NCBI GenBank assembly: GCA_951406725.2
Contig: OX597826.1
Span: 60,140,001-60,204,000, forward strand
Reading direction: 5' to 3'
Length of the DNA: 64,000 bases
DNA from: Octopus vulgaris
Lineage: Eukaryota
The notes under the pieces are model-generated. The model was not told the origin of the DNA and did no database searches. It worked only from the letters and a program-made list of their open reading frames with translations. Within the stretch, counting starts at the first letter, position 1; every line of letters starts with the position of its first letter. Below are positions 39,847-55,095 of the stretch, one piece after another. The translations under genes were made by a program, and so were the position numbers.

Positions 39847-40079
39847 AAGGCGGCGAGCTGGCAGAAACGTTAGCACGCCGGGCGAAATGCTTAGCGGTAT
39901 TTCGTATGCCGCTAGGTTCTGAGTTCAAATTCCGCCGAGTTCAACTTTGCCTTTCATCCTTTCGGGGTCGATAAATTAAGTAACAGTTACGCACTGGGGT
40001 CGATATAATCGACTTAATCCGTGTGTTTGTTCTTGTTTGTCCTCTCTGTGTTTAGCCCCTTGTGGGTAGTAAAGAAATG
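39847..40079 (+). mobile_element. SINE family 1 with 17-20-bp TSD
   Basis: GTTAAGTATCTTGCTCT at 39828-39844 and 40081-40097. Confidence 0.9.
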
Positions 40080-40080
40080 G

Positions 40081-40550
40081 GTTAAGTATCTTGCTCTATA
40101 ACCATGCGATTTTGGGTTCAATCGCGCTCGTACGAAACCTTGAGCAACAATATTCTACAACACCAAGACGACCTAGGCCCCCGGAGCAAATTTAATAGAT
40201 GAAAACCCTATAGAATACCGTCATCTACACGCACACACGCACACTCACTACCATAAAAATGTGTGTTTATGTGTGTTTGTGTGTGTGTTTGCGTTCGTGT
40301 GCGTTCGTGTGTGAGTGTGTGTGTTTGTATGTGTGTGTACGTGTGTGCCTGTAAGTGAGACCGTGTTTGCTCGCCCACAGCTTAACAACCGGTTTTGATT
40401 TGTTTGCGTTCTCGCAGTTTAGACGTTCGGCAAGAGAAAGCGAAAAACTTCAGCATTACTAAAGTACTAGGTTTGATTTGTCCACCCCACAAACATTGAA
40501 GGGTATATCCCAGAATAACCGCATCCATTGACGGAAAATAGTGAAAGATA
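40081..40550 (+). mobile_element. Old SINE family 2 copy with its head interrupted by the family 1 SINE
   Basis: GGGTTCAATC B-box, CCTTGAGCAA, internal (TG)n, GTTCGGCAAGAG and degenerate tail, in consensus order. Confidence 0.6.
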
Positions 40551-41151
40551 AAATATAAATTGTTATGTTACTATTAAACAAACTTTGCAGCAATTCGTTA
40601 AATAATGACGTACTGACCATAAAATTAAACGATGTCCGTTGATATCACAGTTCCTGATAAGCTCAAATTGTCCCTAAATGTTACTACATATCATTATTGT
40701 TAAATCTAAGCTTGCTTGCTTAGGTTTGACAATTTTTACATTATTGTTTACATAAAATTTTGGGAAGATCTGCAATTTTAAAAATATATAAAGAGTATGA
40801 TTAAATACCGATTTTTCATACCTCGTATGAGTAATTATTAACAGATAACTAAATGTCAACATTTTAAAATTTAAGAAGCATTTATTAGCATACTTAGAAA
40901 TGCGTAAGTGATGCGAAGAATATAATGCTAACTAATATTAAATAGTTTTATTTTATTTCTGATGACAGAATTCAAAATATGTGTGGTGATGAAATATGGC
41001 CGTAATACTGTTTTAGTAAACGTAGTCGAAAATATTCCATGGTACATTCGAATATATCGATTTCACTATTTATTCTATTTTCCTTCCGAACGATGAATGT
41101 CAAAATGAACCCGGTTGAGATTTCAAATGAGAAGGCTGTTTAACCAATATT

Positions 41152-41382
41152 TATTTCTTTATTGCCCACAGGGGGCTAAACATAGACGGGACAAAGAAGG
41201 ACAGACAAACGGATTAAGTCGATTTTATCGACCCCAGTGCGTAACTGGTACTTAATTTATCGACCCCGAAAGGATGAAAGGCAAAGTCGACCTCGGCGGA
41301 ATTTGAACTCAGAACGTAACGACAAACGAAATACGGCTACGCATTTCGCCCGGGGTGCTAACGTTTCTGCCAGCTCGCCGCC
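41152..41382 (-). mobile_element. SINE family 1
   Basis: Reverse complement of 515-747. Confidence 0.9.
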
Positions 41383-41524
41383 GACCGGCGATGGATCTAA
41401 TCTGTCAGCCATTCGCTATTTCTAATGTTTTGCCCTGCGTTGAGCAATTACTGAAGTATTTCTGTACTCCGACATTATTGGTCAGATATAATTTCAAAAT
41501 AGCTCTTTTTAAATATGTACTGTT

Positions 41525-41730
41525 TTTACTTTTACTTGTTTCATTCTTTGCACTACGACCATGCGACCATGACATGTGAGTGGATTTAGTCTAACGAATA
41601 GATGTAAATAGTTATTTGTTTAAAAGTCTCGTATTTATTCAACTGGCCACCTTTGACGAACCGCTAATTTATGGGAACATAAACTAACACCGGTTGTCAA
41701 GCTGTGGTAGGAGATAACCAGAAACACAAA
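41525..41730 (-). mobile_element. SINE family 2, diverged 3' part
   Basis: TTTTACTTGTTTCA tail...GAACCGCTAA...CGGTTGTCAAGC. Confidence 0.6.
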
Positions 41731-41842
41731 TTTATATGTACACACACACGCACGCACGCACACATGTATATAAATACATGTATGTACGTATGCATATATG
41801 TGTGTGCGTATGCATGTATGTATGACTGTATGTACGAATTAG

Positions 41843-42605
41843 CAATGCCGAAGGCACTAAGACACAGCTAGAGAACTGGCTGAGGGCAGGTGATAAAAGC
41901 CAGCTGACTGGAATGTTGTAGGTTCGATGCTTCGAGTATGAAATCTTACTCAGATTATAATATTAGCCATGTTTACTTTGCAGCCTTGCCATGACTCGGG
42001 CAGTGGAGAGGCTTTGCAGTAATTTCATGCGAATGTACCCGAGTCCTCCCCCCGAATATCAGCTCCGTCAATCTGTACTGCAAAGCTTTCAAGCGTCACT
42101 TAACAATTTCATCAATTGGGAAGGAATTCAAAGCCACAAAAGCAAGAACACTAAACGCATTGCTTCTCTTTGAAGAGGAGAAAGTCACACACACCCAAAG
42201 GACCGTAAAATGTTGCAGACCATAGAAACCAAAGAAGTGGTGGAGGAAGCGGATATATATTGAGAAAACCAGGATGTTGCTGACGTAGTCTGTCAAGAAC
42301 TGGCTTTCAAATTCCAACGCGAAACTGTTGGAAAAACACAAAGACCAGAACCAAGAGAGAAATCAAAGTGCAGGGGACCTGTGATTCAACAGAAGATGAT
42401 CACCCTGTGAAGGCAGCAGGGCTTGCCTACCAGGGATAATGGATACAGTGGAACTTGAGTGACATCCGCACCGGAGGGAACCCTTGCTGACTGACCAAGG
42501 CAGATTGTCCTTCCTCCCTGCTATCGCTGGCCCCTTGCCAACTCCAAATAACTGTAAACAAGGCCCCTCTTCCAAACAGTGTGGAGCAGTTCATTGCAGT
42601 TTCAA
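41843..42605 (+). mobile_element. HERO-like (RLE-type) LINE fragment, post-RT to pre-zinc-knuckle region, decayed
   Basis: Cross-frame peptides QLENWLRAGDKSQLTG, LYCK...SSIGKEFKATKAR, VVEEAD...DVADVVCQ, KAAGLAYQG*WIQW and RLSFL...LPTPNN resemble HERO-clade motifs. Confidence 0.75.
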
Positions 42606-43392
42606 TCAAATTTTGACATGGTAATTTCTTTATATTTATTTACGTAGAATAGAAATAAAATGCGCGCAAATAAATTATTTGAAAGTTGCCATCCACATGT
42701 AAAATAAAAGTTAAGTTACTGCATGAAGCAATAAAAAAAGAACCTTATTAGATATAAACATATACTAATGAGAAATATAACAAAGGTTAACCACTTGCTT
42801 TCAGAAATAATGTATTTAGGATTTCATTATTTCGGTAGGATGTAATTGGTGTTAATTTGATTTCTCTCTCTATCTTGAGGTGTCATTGCATGAAGACTCG
42901 TTTCTTTTTCTTATTAGACTGAATTATATTGATTTAGGATAAAAGTCACCATTCTATATTTAACTGAATTTACAGCCTCAATATCGCTGCTACATCTATC
43001 GAAATGTAAAGGATGAAACATTGTTAAATATATGTTATGAAAGCTTCCTTACGCTAAATATTCGCGTCTATGTTAAGAGCAATGGGACACATTTTGTCTT
43101 TTATCTACAAGGCATAATCGATTCTATTGGCCTCAGTATATTATATCAACTCCATAGACAATAGAATGACTAGAATTCTGAATATAAAAAGATATAACTG
43201 AATGTTACGTTCACTTGTGTCCGACATTCTAAAGACTCAGCCAATTCATATTAGACAAAAATGTAATAAATTATAAAATAGGAATAAAATTAGCTCAAAT
43301 AACGATTGCTAATTTGATACAAGAGTTCAAATTATTGTGCTGGAATGGGGAAGTATAATCAACTGCATTGAAATGAGAATGTGCCTCATATG

Positions 43393-43441
<49 letters not shown>

Positions 43442-43506
43442 CAGATAATTTGCCTTGCTTATTTTTACATTTTGGGTTTTTATGATATATATCTTGAGAA
43501 TACATT

Positions 43507-43547
<41 letters not shown>

Positions 43548-43560
43548 TAGTCCTTAAATT

Positions 43561-43699
<139 letters not shown>

Positions 43700-44515
43700 C
43701 ACACACACATATAAAATATATATTGCATCAATCATAAAGTTATTTTGAATCAGGGTATAATTTAATCGAAGAATATGGGGCAGGCCCCATATGGGCGAAT
43801 AATACGAATTATGTGTTACTGCCATAGCAAAGAATGCACACTCATGATACAAATACTTACATCGGTTTGGACCCTGCCAAATATAACAAAGAAGGGTGTG
43901 ATGAGGCTAAAACTGACAACGGATATAATATACCAGGCTGGAAGCAAAGTCGAAGTAGACTGTATTTGAACAAATATCATAGAAGACTTTTAATTGAAAA
44001 TTGAATGTGATTTAGTCCAATGCTTTCTGGATATTTCGCCAAATAAGCATTTTATAATATTGATGATATCGTTTCAAATATTTGTCTTCCTTGACAGTTC
44101 TTTGAGTGCCAGTTCTGTGAAATAAATATTCCACATTCCAGTTGCCAAATTCTTGAGCACCAGAAGCAGCTGCAGAATCAACGAATCAGCTGCGTAGGCA
44201 ATAACGTTCTGTGCGATGAAATCATAGAACACTAAATACAGAATATAACCTTTGGCAAAAGATATCATAAACTTAATTTCATATTTCCCTCTTGTGTCTA
44301 AATTTTTCTAGGTAAACAGGCATGCGATATGAAAAATTGATATTAAATTAGTATGTAGTATTTTAAACATATACAAATTTTCTTATACAGAATGAAAGGA
44401 TGATGTGAACGTTGGAGTAAAAGAATAAAATATGTACGGGCTTATTTGATATTTTTTCTTAAATCATTTATCATAATGCATACACATCTATCTATCTATC
44501 TATCTATCCATCCGT

Positions 44516-44604
<89 letters not shown>

Positions 44605-44768
44605 CACAGACACATATGTATCAATACGTATTTTGTATATACATATACTCATATATAAACATATATGTATCAAAACATATACAGATATCGACACGATGCA
44701 GTGACACATTTAAATACATACATACAGGTTTACAACTAAATATACACCCAGAACCATATCTGTATCTA

Positions 44769-44848
<80 letters not shown>

Positions 44849-44909
44849 TACAAGTACACACATACATGCACGCACTCACACAGTCACACACTCATACACG
44901 CACACACAA

Positions 44910-44948
<39 letters not shown>

Positions 44949-45133
44949 AATAAATTTAGGATATCTGTACACTACGAAGTAGATTTCTCGAAGAAGTCTC
45001 CAAAACGTTTTGTGGCATAAACCTGGTGAAAAAAAAATGTTTTCAGTTATAATATATATATACATTCTTTTATTCTTTTATGCGTTCTAGCACTAACGCT
45101 GTGACCATGCTGGGGTACTGCTAGTGTTATCAC

Positions 45134-45277
45134 CTTTTCAATGGCCGTTCGACGCAAAATGGCTTTTGATGAAAGAGCGAGTTCGACATGGTTGCTCTCT
45201 CTTGATTTTCTTGCCGTGATATAGCTTCATGTTGGATCTTGGACAGCAAGGTGTCAACTTGTTTCATGTGGTCATTT
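45134..45277 (-). other. Candidate 144-bp symmetric exon (unverified)
   Basis: Polypyrimidine tract plus AG, AAG|GTGATA donor, single open frame NDHMKQVDTLLSKIQHEAISRQENQER... Confidence 0.25.
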
Positions 45278-45734
45278 CTTATATAAAATAACAGAAAGGA
45301 GAAGAAAAATCTCTGAAACAGGCTGAAATGACTATCATAAAAGAAATTGTACAAAATTAGAAATCTCACATCTCAATTCTTTATTAGAAATTTTTTTCGT
45401 TTATGTCGGTAGATACGAAATTCTTGTTAGTTACAGGGACTAAAGTGATCTCAATAATACACATACGCATCCACATTCTCGGTATGCGTTGTGCACTTTC
45501 TTTTCGCTGTATATATATCTCAACAGTTTCCTTGTACAAATAAATATGCACGCAAAGATATGTTGAGTTAATCATCACTATAATGTTAATTGTTATGTAT
45601 TATTTCTGTTATTCACGGGTTTTGTTGGAGCTCCTGGAGTTTGCATATTTAGCGGGCTTAATACCTGCAATCTACGGTACCATACTAACCATTATGCTAA
45701 GAAGGTAAACATTTTATATATATACTTATATACG

Positions 45735-46305
45735 TCTTGATGCCTTCTGATGCTGTTCCCAAAGACCCAACAATGACTGGTATTATCTTCACCTTCTTCA
45801 ATCTCCATAGCCGGGCTATTTCGTACTTAAAAGGGTTGTATTTATCTTTTCGCCTTCTTTCTTGACTATTCGTGGGTCAATAAGGGGTGCAACATCAACT
45901 ATATAGCATATGTGACGTATCTTGTCGACCATCACTAGATCCGGTTGCTTATGCTCTAGCACCTGATCTGTTTGGACTGCGAATTCCCAGAGGATGTTGC
46001 TAGTCTCTGACTTCGTCACACACTGCGCTTTCTACTCATGCTACGCCTTGCCTCTCTCTAGTCCCCAGTTTCCCCACAGTTTCCAATGTAGCACCTTCCC
46101 TACCTGATCATGTCTCCACAACTTGTAGAGGTTTGGAGCAAGTCTAGAACATTCGTTCGTAATATGGTCAATGTTTTCATCCACTATATTTCACGTGTGG
46201 CACAACGGAGAAACTTGCTCTTTCTTAAGTTTGACCCTGCAATTCATGACCAAAGTTTGGCCTTGCGCTGCCAGTATAGTACTCCCGGTATCTTTATTTT
46301 AGTGT
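45735..46305 (-). mobile_element. R4/Dong-type LINE 3' fragment (zinc knuckle, RHD and RLE)
   Basis: ILAAQGQTL...PLCHT*NIVDENIDHITNEC...RHDQVGKVLHWKL...ILWEFAVQTDQVLEHKQPDLVMVDK...IVDVAP; abuts (ATT)n. Confidence 0.9.
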
Positions 46306-46362
46306 TCCTATTATTACTATTATTATTATTATTGTTATTATTATTATTATTGTTGTTATTAA

Positions 46363-46416
<54 letters not shown>

Positions 46417-46465
46417 GATTACGACTATTATTATTATTATTATTAGTAGTAGTCAGTATTAGAAC

Positions 46466-46538
<73 letters not shown>

Positions 46539-46899
46539 GCTTTCAGTAGTTTTATTTTTATACTTCACTACCGAGCGCAGCTCTGTGTGCCTTGGGTATG
46601 TGCTGTGATTTGTTGTGATGCTCTGATGGTTATTGTATGGAAAGTGTTCTGTGTGCAGTGCCTAGTAGTGCAATTTTCTGTATGTTATATGTGTTTGTAA
46701 GTCCTGGTGTTTTTGTTATGTATTTGTCTGAATATTTTTTTATCATGCCTAATGCACCTACTATGATAGGAATTGTTTCTGTTTTCAGATTCCACATTCT
46801 AGTTACCTCTATTTCCAGGTCTTTGTATTTTGAGAGTTTCTCCATTTCTTTTAGAGACACGTTGTCATCTGCCGGTATTGATACATCAATTAGAAAGCA

Positions 46900-46904
<5 letters not shown>
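46539..46904 (-). mobile_element. Second R4/Dong-type family, 5'-truncated 3' end inside (TAA)n
   Basis: Open KKCFLIDVSIPADDNVSLKEMEKLSKYKDLEIEVTRMW...IPIIVGALG...IQKIALLGTAH, stop, short 3' UTR; (AAT)n on both sides. Confidence 0.9.
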
Positions 46905-46978
<74 letters not shown>

Positions 46979-47061
46979 TGTAGTAGTAGTAGTAGTAGTA
47001 GTAGTAGTATTACGACTATTATTATTATTATTAGTAGTAGTAATAGTCGTAGTATTAGAAC

Positions 47062-47104
<43 letters not shown>

Positions 47105-47216
47105 AATAATAATAACATCATTATTGTTATTATTATTATTACTACTATTATTATTATTATTATTATTATTAATAATAATAATAATAATAATAATATCATT
47201 ATTATTGTTATTGTTA

Positions 47217-47250
<34 letters not shown>

Positions 47251-47316
47251 CATTATTATTATTTTTATTATTATTATTATTACAATTATAATTATCATTA
47301 TAATTATTATTATTAA

Positions 47317-47398
<82 letters not shown>
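46905..47398. repeat. Long compound (ATT)n/(AGT)n/(AAT)n tract
   Basis: Directly visible. Confidence 0.95.
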
Positions 47399-47857
47399 TC
47401 GCACGAGGACCAGACTAATACATGTGCGTGTGTCCTTATGGGTGTGTTTCTTTGTCATCGTCTGTGTATGTCTTTGTGTGCGTGCGTCAGAATTTGCGAT
47501 AAATTAGTGAGCAGGTGATCGTGTCATTTTTCAAATTTCTTAACATTAGTACTTTAATGTTTATTTATTTGCACGATTAAAATGTTTTCGTTATTCATGA
47601 ACGTTCACTCTCCCACGCATTTCTGCACTTTATAAATGATAGATTACGTACGACTACATGCAGCAGATCATTATTGGATATGGCATGAATATGTATGTGT
47701 ATATGAATGTATGTATTTATGCATGTGTATGTTAATATAAATATATTTATATATATATGTGTGTGTGTATCGTTATATCTAAATATACAGATATATATAT
47801 ACATATATATGTGTCTATCGTTATGTATATACATATATATACACACACACACAAACG

Positions 47858-47909
<52 letters not shown>

Positions 47910-48059
47910 TATATGTATATATATATATGCTAATTTATATACACACATTCATACCTTCATATATGTATATTTCTAACTATGTATGTATACATACGAACAC
48001 AAACTTTCAACTCCCGTTTAGAGTGTTCATTTTCCTTTCTATGGTCACAGTGTGCAGAA

Positions 48060-48900
48060 TATTTTCTATTAATCTATACTCTATGTGTAGAGCAATCTTG
48101 AATACTCGTGGTTTCTCCCTGACATTTAATCTGGATATCTAATCGTTTCTAACTACTTCCTTTCTAAAACTGTCACTTTGTTATCTTCTCCGTTTTCTAT
48201 GGCTAGATCCGCAGAAAAACTCTTGCTTATGTAATTACGAGGGCAATAATACGATGATTTATCTATTCTGTGGAAAATGAGACTTTCGGTATGAGTACGC
48301 TCATTGACCTAATCACGTCCAAGTGCTTTTCATAGGTGTCATTGATCCTATTGCAGAGATTGAATAACATCCTGGGCATCGTGGGAATGTGTCCTTTTAG
48401 TATTTCTGTAGGGATTTCCTCAATTGCAGTAGATTTTTCTTTTGGAAATTTTGAATTGCGTCTTTTAATTCTGACTCAAATGCTGCTAGGAAGGTGGATC
48501 GTACTTCATGAGAGAAACCTCTTGGTTGTGATATTTCATTATCTTGAAATGAGTTTTTACCATATTCTTTTAATTTCCTGGCGATGCTTTGCAGAAGAGC
48601 AAACACTTTGCCAAATAAGACTTTGGTAGATGTCGCCCTCTTTTACTTGGAATATATTTGTTAAGATATTACTAATGTTGTACGTCTTTCATGTGTTATT
48701 TTGGTGTAAATGGTCTTGGACGTCAGTGTACATGCGCTCCAACTATTTGGCTTTGTTCCTTCAGCCCTCTCTTTGAACAGCTCATTTGATCTTTTTTTTA
48801 AATCTCTATCCCTGAGGTAGATCTTTCCGTTTTGATCTTTTTTCTTTGATTTATCAATTGAAGGGTGTCTTTAGATATCCAAAGTTAGTTCTGTCAAGAA
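48060..48900 (-). mobile_element. RTE-clade LINE relic (region leading into RT)
   Basis: SELKDAIQNFQKK, LFNLCNRINDT and SVLIPK...NHRIIAL...ARVFLRI resemble RTE motifs SEV..AI..L, L..LCN.I and IPK...NYR.I.L...ASK..L.I. Confidence 0.65.
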
Positions 48901-48998
48901 ATACCTCTTCCATGAACGAAAGTTCATCACAAGAAAAGTTTGTTAAAAATAAGGATTGTTTTATTGTAGTTTTTATTTTCCATAGACATTTCTTTGTC

Positions 48999-49100
<102 letters not shown>

Positions 49101-49962
49101 GACATATACATATACATATATATACGACATATACATATATATATAAACATACACACACACACAGAGGCAGGCAGAAAACACCGTCAAACATATGTTGTAT
49201 GTAACCAATGCATATACGCGAGAGAATGTTTACTTAAATACGTAGATATTTGCTGTGTAGGCTTGCGAAATTGAGTACAATGCTATAAAATAGGTCCCAT
49301 CATAGCAACCGACATAAATGAGGAGGGAGAAAGAGAAGGGTGAAGAGGAAGAAAAAAGGAGAAAGAAAAGAAGGAAGAAGAAGATGACTTGGAAAAAAAA
49401 ATAGATAATGAATGCGCTTCCATATTAAGAAAACAACAAAATTTCAGTAAAAGGCAATAAAGAGAAAGATCAAAGTACCAAACCAGAACTAAAATCTACT
49501 AAAAACTGAAATAATATAGCAAACAGTACCATTTTGTTAGTGCATGTTCTCGCCCACACGTTCGCTTTGTCTCTCTCTTTCTCATATGGAAATATAAATA
49601 CACATACACAAACGCCCACCCACACACTCATACATTTATATTTATATACTTATGCTTAGTTGTACGTACTTATATGTATATGAATATTTGTACATCTATA
49701 TGCTTCTGCGTGCTCATATATTATATACACAGACTTATGCACATATACCATATACATATCTGTCAATATATCTGCCTATCTATGTATATATATATATGTG
49801 TGTGTGTGTGTGGCGGCGCCCATACGAATGTGTGTTCTTGTATAAATACATAGAATATATGTGCAGTAGTTCTTACATATTTATTTATTTGTATAATAAT
49901 CTATATGAGCATATATATATATGTGTGTGTGTGTGTCTGTGTGTGTGTGTGTGTATGTGTGT

Positions 49963-50032
<70 letters not shown>

Positions 50033-50301
50033 TTCTTTGTGCAATCTTTGAGAACGTTTACTTAATGTTGTAAAAATATTTTTTTTCCTCTGAATCACTT
50101 TATATACATATCTGTCTATCTTATCCGCATTATTTCTGTTTACATACAAATAAACACTCCAGAAAAACGTACATAACATACGCGTATATACAAGCAGAAT
50201 TATACACTCAATGAAATTTTCATACACATGCAGATATACACTCTGGAAGTAGACTAATCGGCAAATATTCGTAAGTATTCACTGTTACATTCTAATTAGA
50301 C

Positions 50302-50406
<105 letters not shown>

Positions 50407-50553
50407 TGTATGTATGTATGTATGTATGTATGTGTGTTCACATATATACGAACGCTTTAAAATTTCAATATGTGCATTCCTAGAGTTACAAATTCATACA
50501 AATTATATATAAGAATTAAAATACATAGAAATGTAATATTTAAGACTTGTGTG

Positions 50554-50592
<39 letters not shown>

Positions 50593-50605
50593 CTTTCTTT
50601 TTCCT

Positions 50606-51009
50606 TTTCTTTTTTACTTGTTTCAGTCATTTGACTGCGGCCATGCTAGAGCACCGCCTTTAGTCGAGCAAATTTCCCCCCGGGACTTATTCTTTGTAAG
50701 CCCAGTGCTTATTCTATCGGTCTCTTTTTGCCGAACCGCTAAGTGACGGGGACGTAAACACACCAGCATCGGTTGTCAAGCAATGCTAGGGGGACAAACA
50801 CAGACACACAAACATAACCACACATACATATATATATACATATATACGACAGGCTTCTTTCAGTTTCCGTCTACCAAATCCACTCACAAGGCATTGGTCG
50901 GCCCGGGGCTATAGCAGAAGACACTTGCCCAAGATGCCACGCAGTGGGACTGAACCCGGAACCATGTGGTTGGTTAGCAAGCTACTTACCACACAGCCAC
51001 TCCTGCGCC
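50606..51009 (-). mobile_element. SINE family 2, full length
   Basis: Reverse complement closely matches the 9141 and 12621 copies. Confidence 0.92.
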
Positions 51010-51256
51010 TGTGTGTGTACAAAGAGTAATCTTCTTCTATAAATACACTTATACATTTGCTGCGAATGTGCATGTACGATTTATACGTGAAATTCATCAT
51101 ATCTCCTGTAAAAATATCGTACAATCAGTGAATTCGCATAGACTTTTTTTTATATATTCAAGACGCTACTCTTTCATGCAATACACATACATGCAATTTG
51201 AAGCATGCATGCTCATTCATAGATAAATATACATATATAGAAACATGCATACACAA

Positions 51257-51304
<48 letters not shown>

Positions 51305-51323
51305 ACATATATATATATATATA

Positions 51324-51516
51324 AATGTAACCACATGTGAATCGCTGGTGATTTTCTTCCTTCGTCTTCGGTTCTTTTGGACTTTCCACTATTTCTGAAG
51401 AAGAGCTTTGCTCGAAACGTTAAAACCATCTTTCTTTCCTTCCCTGAGCGTCTTCTAACACATTACGTGTACCACGATCACGGGTTGCTGTTCCTTTTCA
51501 TGTCAATTCTTCTTTT

Positions 51517-51520
<4 letters not shown>
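51324..51520 (+). mobile_element. HHR-bearing element, subfamily A copy 4, inside (TA)n
   Basis: Homologous to the other A copies; (TA)n on both sides. Confidence 0.8.
51392..51424 (+). ncRNA. Minimal hammerhead-like motif with canonical CUGAAGA core
   Basis: UUU-CUGAAGA-A-GAGC UUU GCUC-GAA-ACGU-U-AAA. Confidence 0.7.
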
Positions 51521-51600
<80 letters not shown>

Positions 51601-51661
51601 GCGTATTTAAGTGTATATAAACTGAGAAAGGTTTATTTATATATATATATATATATACATA

Positions 51662-51846
51662 TAGTGAGAATTTATAGAAAGAAACAAAAGATGAAGACGG
51701 GTGTGTAAACAACGAACAAATGTCTTTGTTTAACGCTCGGTGAGAAAATCTTTTACGTTCCTAGCCTGCGCTCTTCGACAGAAAGAAACAGAATTAAACA
51801 GGGAGAGAAAATAAACATAAATGTTTAGTGGCTAGGGATTTATCAT
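51662..51846 (-). mobile_element. HHR-bearing element, subfamily B diverged copy
   Basis: Minus strand CTTT-CTGTCGA-A-GAGC GCAG GCTA-GGAA-CGT-A-AAAG at ~51750-51785. Confidence 0.65.
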
Positions 51847-52009
51847 GCCAAATGCCAGACATAGGGATCACACAGGAGAGCAACGAAGAAGGGGAACTTA
51901 TAAAGTAGTGGTGATCCCAAAACTACAAGATGCAGGAGGAAAGCATGAGAAAAAGTTATGGCGAGAGAGTCAGCAGAAGTTTGTCATTACCTTCTGCCAG
52001 TGCCGCGTG

Positions 52010-52090
52010 GCGCTTAAGTGTTTCGCCCATAAAACCGAGATCCTTCGACCGCGAGTCTGCTGCTCTAACCATTAGGCCATGTGCCTCCAC
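52010..52090 (-). mobile_element. tRNA-like SINE head fragment
   Basis: Minus strand GGAGGCACATGGCCTAATGGTTAGAGCAGCAGACTCGCGGTCGAAGG. Confidence 0.55.
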
Positions 52091-52200
52091 TATTAAAAAT
52101 GTATACATAATTGAATATCAATTGTCGTGATTAATAATAATTTCACGTATATTTCATCTAATGTCTCTTATTTTATCTAATGTCTTTTATTCACCACTCA

Positions 52201-52238
<38 letters not shown>

Positions 52239-52396
52239 TATATATTTCAAAGGAGCACCAGGCCTATCAACTACTTTAATTCGTAGAATAGCTTTACGTC
52301 ATGTTTTTCTAAAAAGATGTTCTATTTGGCCGCCAAGGGAACCATCAAGGAACAGGCGACTTTGGTAATTTTTGTTGTCATACCAAGTGTTGAACT

Positions 52397-52447
<51 letters not shown>

Positions 52448-52719
52448 GTTTTTGGAGTTGGCTTCCAAGATTCTTTATTTGAATTCGTGTGTTGAAGCAT
52501 CTTCTATTGTATATGGGGAGAGTCATTTTCTTTTTGTGCCTTATAATGTAACACACTCACCGGTAAAATTTCCACTTATTTCATATTTTTATTCTCCTGA
52601 AATTTTCGTTGCCTCTTGCGACCTTTTCAATATATATCTATATATGCGTGTGTGTGTGTGTATGTATGTATTTATAGATGTATGTGTGTATGCGTGTATA
52701 TGCATATATCTGTATGTAA

Positions 52720-52766
<47 letters not shown>

Positions 52767-53289
52767 GATTTGTGTATACATTCATACACATACATATTAT
52801 ATGTAATACGACGTGTGATATACATATATGTAATACGTGTTTGTGTGTGTATATTCTGTTAAGAGACCTTAGCAATCCTTAAATGATTATAACATACGCA
52901 ACTCTCACAACTGTTTAACAAGGTACTCCACAACGTCGCAGATCTTTAATCAAAGACAATGCGAAGGGTAGATGTCGGCCAAAGCCTAGCCCCAATATAT
53001 ATAATAGCATGCTCTGATATCGTTTTTGTCATATATTTTACTATTCTATATCTGTTGATATTCATTGCTTTCTTCCAAAAGAAAATCTTTTATTGCAACC
53101 ATATGTTTATCTTTGTTCCCTTGTCTTTTTTTTTTAAACTATACACTTTGTTTATTTCTTTTTTCTTCGAGATTGTTTTCTTCAAGTACATTTGGCAAAA
53201 CTCTTGAGCTCCACCATTTTTTGTTTATGTTATATTGTTCCTGTATATGTGTGTATGTGCCCTGGTGGCAAAATGAAAGAAAATGTTGG

Positions 53290-54160
<871 letters not shown>

Positions 54161-54588
54161 GATGGCCAACATAATACCGACTATTGTTTTTTGTATCATA
54201 TTCTTTATATTTTACATTATCATCATCATCATCATCATCGTTATATTCATCATCTTCATCCTACACCTCTTCCTTATCATCATCATCACCTTCATCCCAC
54301 AAAAATACATGTTTCCCATGAAAGTCAGTACGATTGTTAGCTCACACGGACAGGGCAAATAAAAAATAACAAATACAGATTATTTTGGGACAATTGTTTC
54401 GCTATTAATGAATTAAATGTAATTTTACTTACAATAAAATCCACTTGTAGCTCTTCAGCCAAAACTATCTGGATGAAACAACCAGATACACGCACATGCA
54501 ATTTAATGCGTATGTATCTCTGGCACTATGTATCTATCTATACGAACGCACATAGATCATTATAAAGATAGAATGACAGATAGATAGT

Positions 54589-54631
<43 letters not shown>

Positions 54632-54670
54632 GTGGCTATATATATATATGTGTGTGTATATATATACAAC

Positions 54671-54730
<60 letters not shown>

Positions 54731-54754
54731 CATGTATATATGTATATACATGTG

Positions 54755-54891
54755 CAGGATCATGGTTCAGTGGTTAGAGCGTCGAGCTTACGATCGTGAG
54801 GTTGTGAGTTCGATTCCCGGACCGGGCTTGTGCCTCGGAGGGTAAATTTCTAGGTGCAATCCCATGGTTATTCATGACCGAAGGGGGTCTC
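54755..54891 (+). mobile_element. SINE family 3, internally deleted (head joined to tail)
   Basis: Head and tail match the 38604-38904 copy; ~160-bp core absent. Confidence 0.8.
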
Positions 54892-54895
54892 CCAT

Positions 54896-54934
<39 letters not shown>

Positions 54935-55050
54935 TATATATACATATATACATATATATTTATATGTGTATAATACATATAGATACATGCACCAGAGAAA
55001 TGCAGATAAAGGAAGATAAAGAGACAGACAGACAGATAGATTGAGTGATT

Positions 55051-55095
<45 letters not shown>

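Noticed and set aside
44074-44268. Hydrophobic minus-strand ORF faintly like a membrane-protein C-terminus, and a good plus-strand acceptor at ~44097
   Set aside because: Motif spacing does not match any family I can name, and the phase does not fit the neighbouring candidate exon
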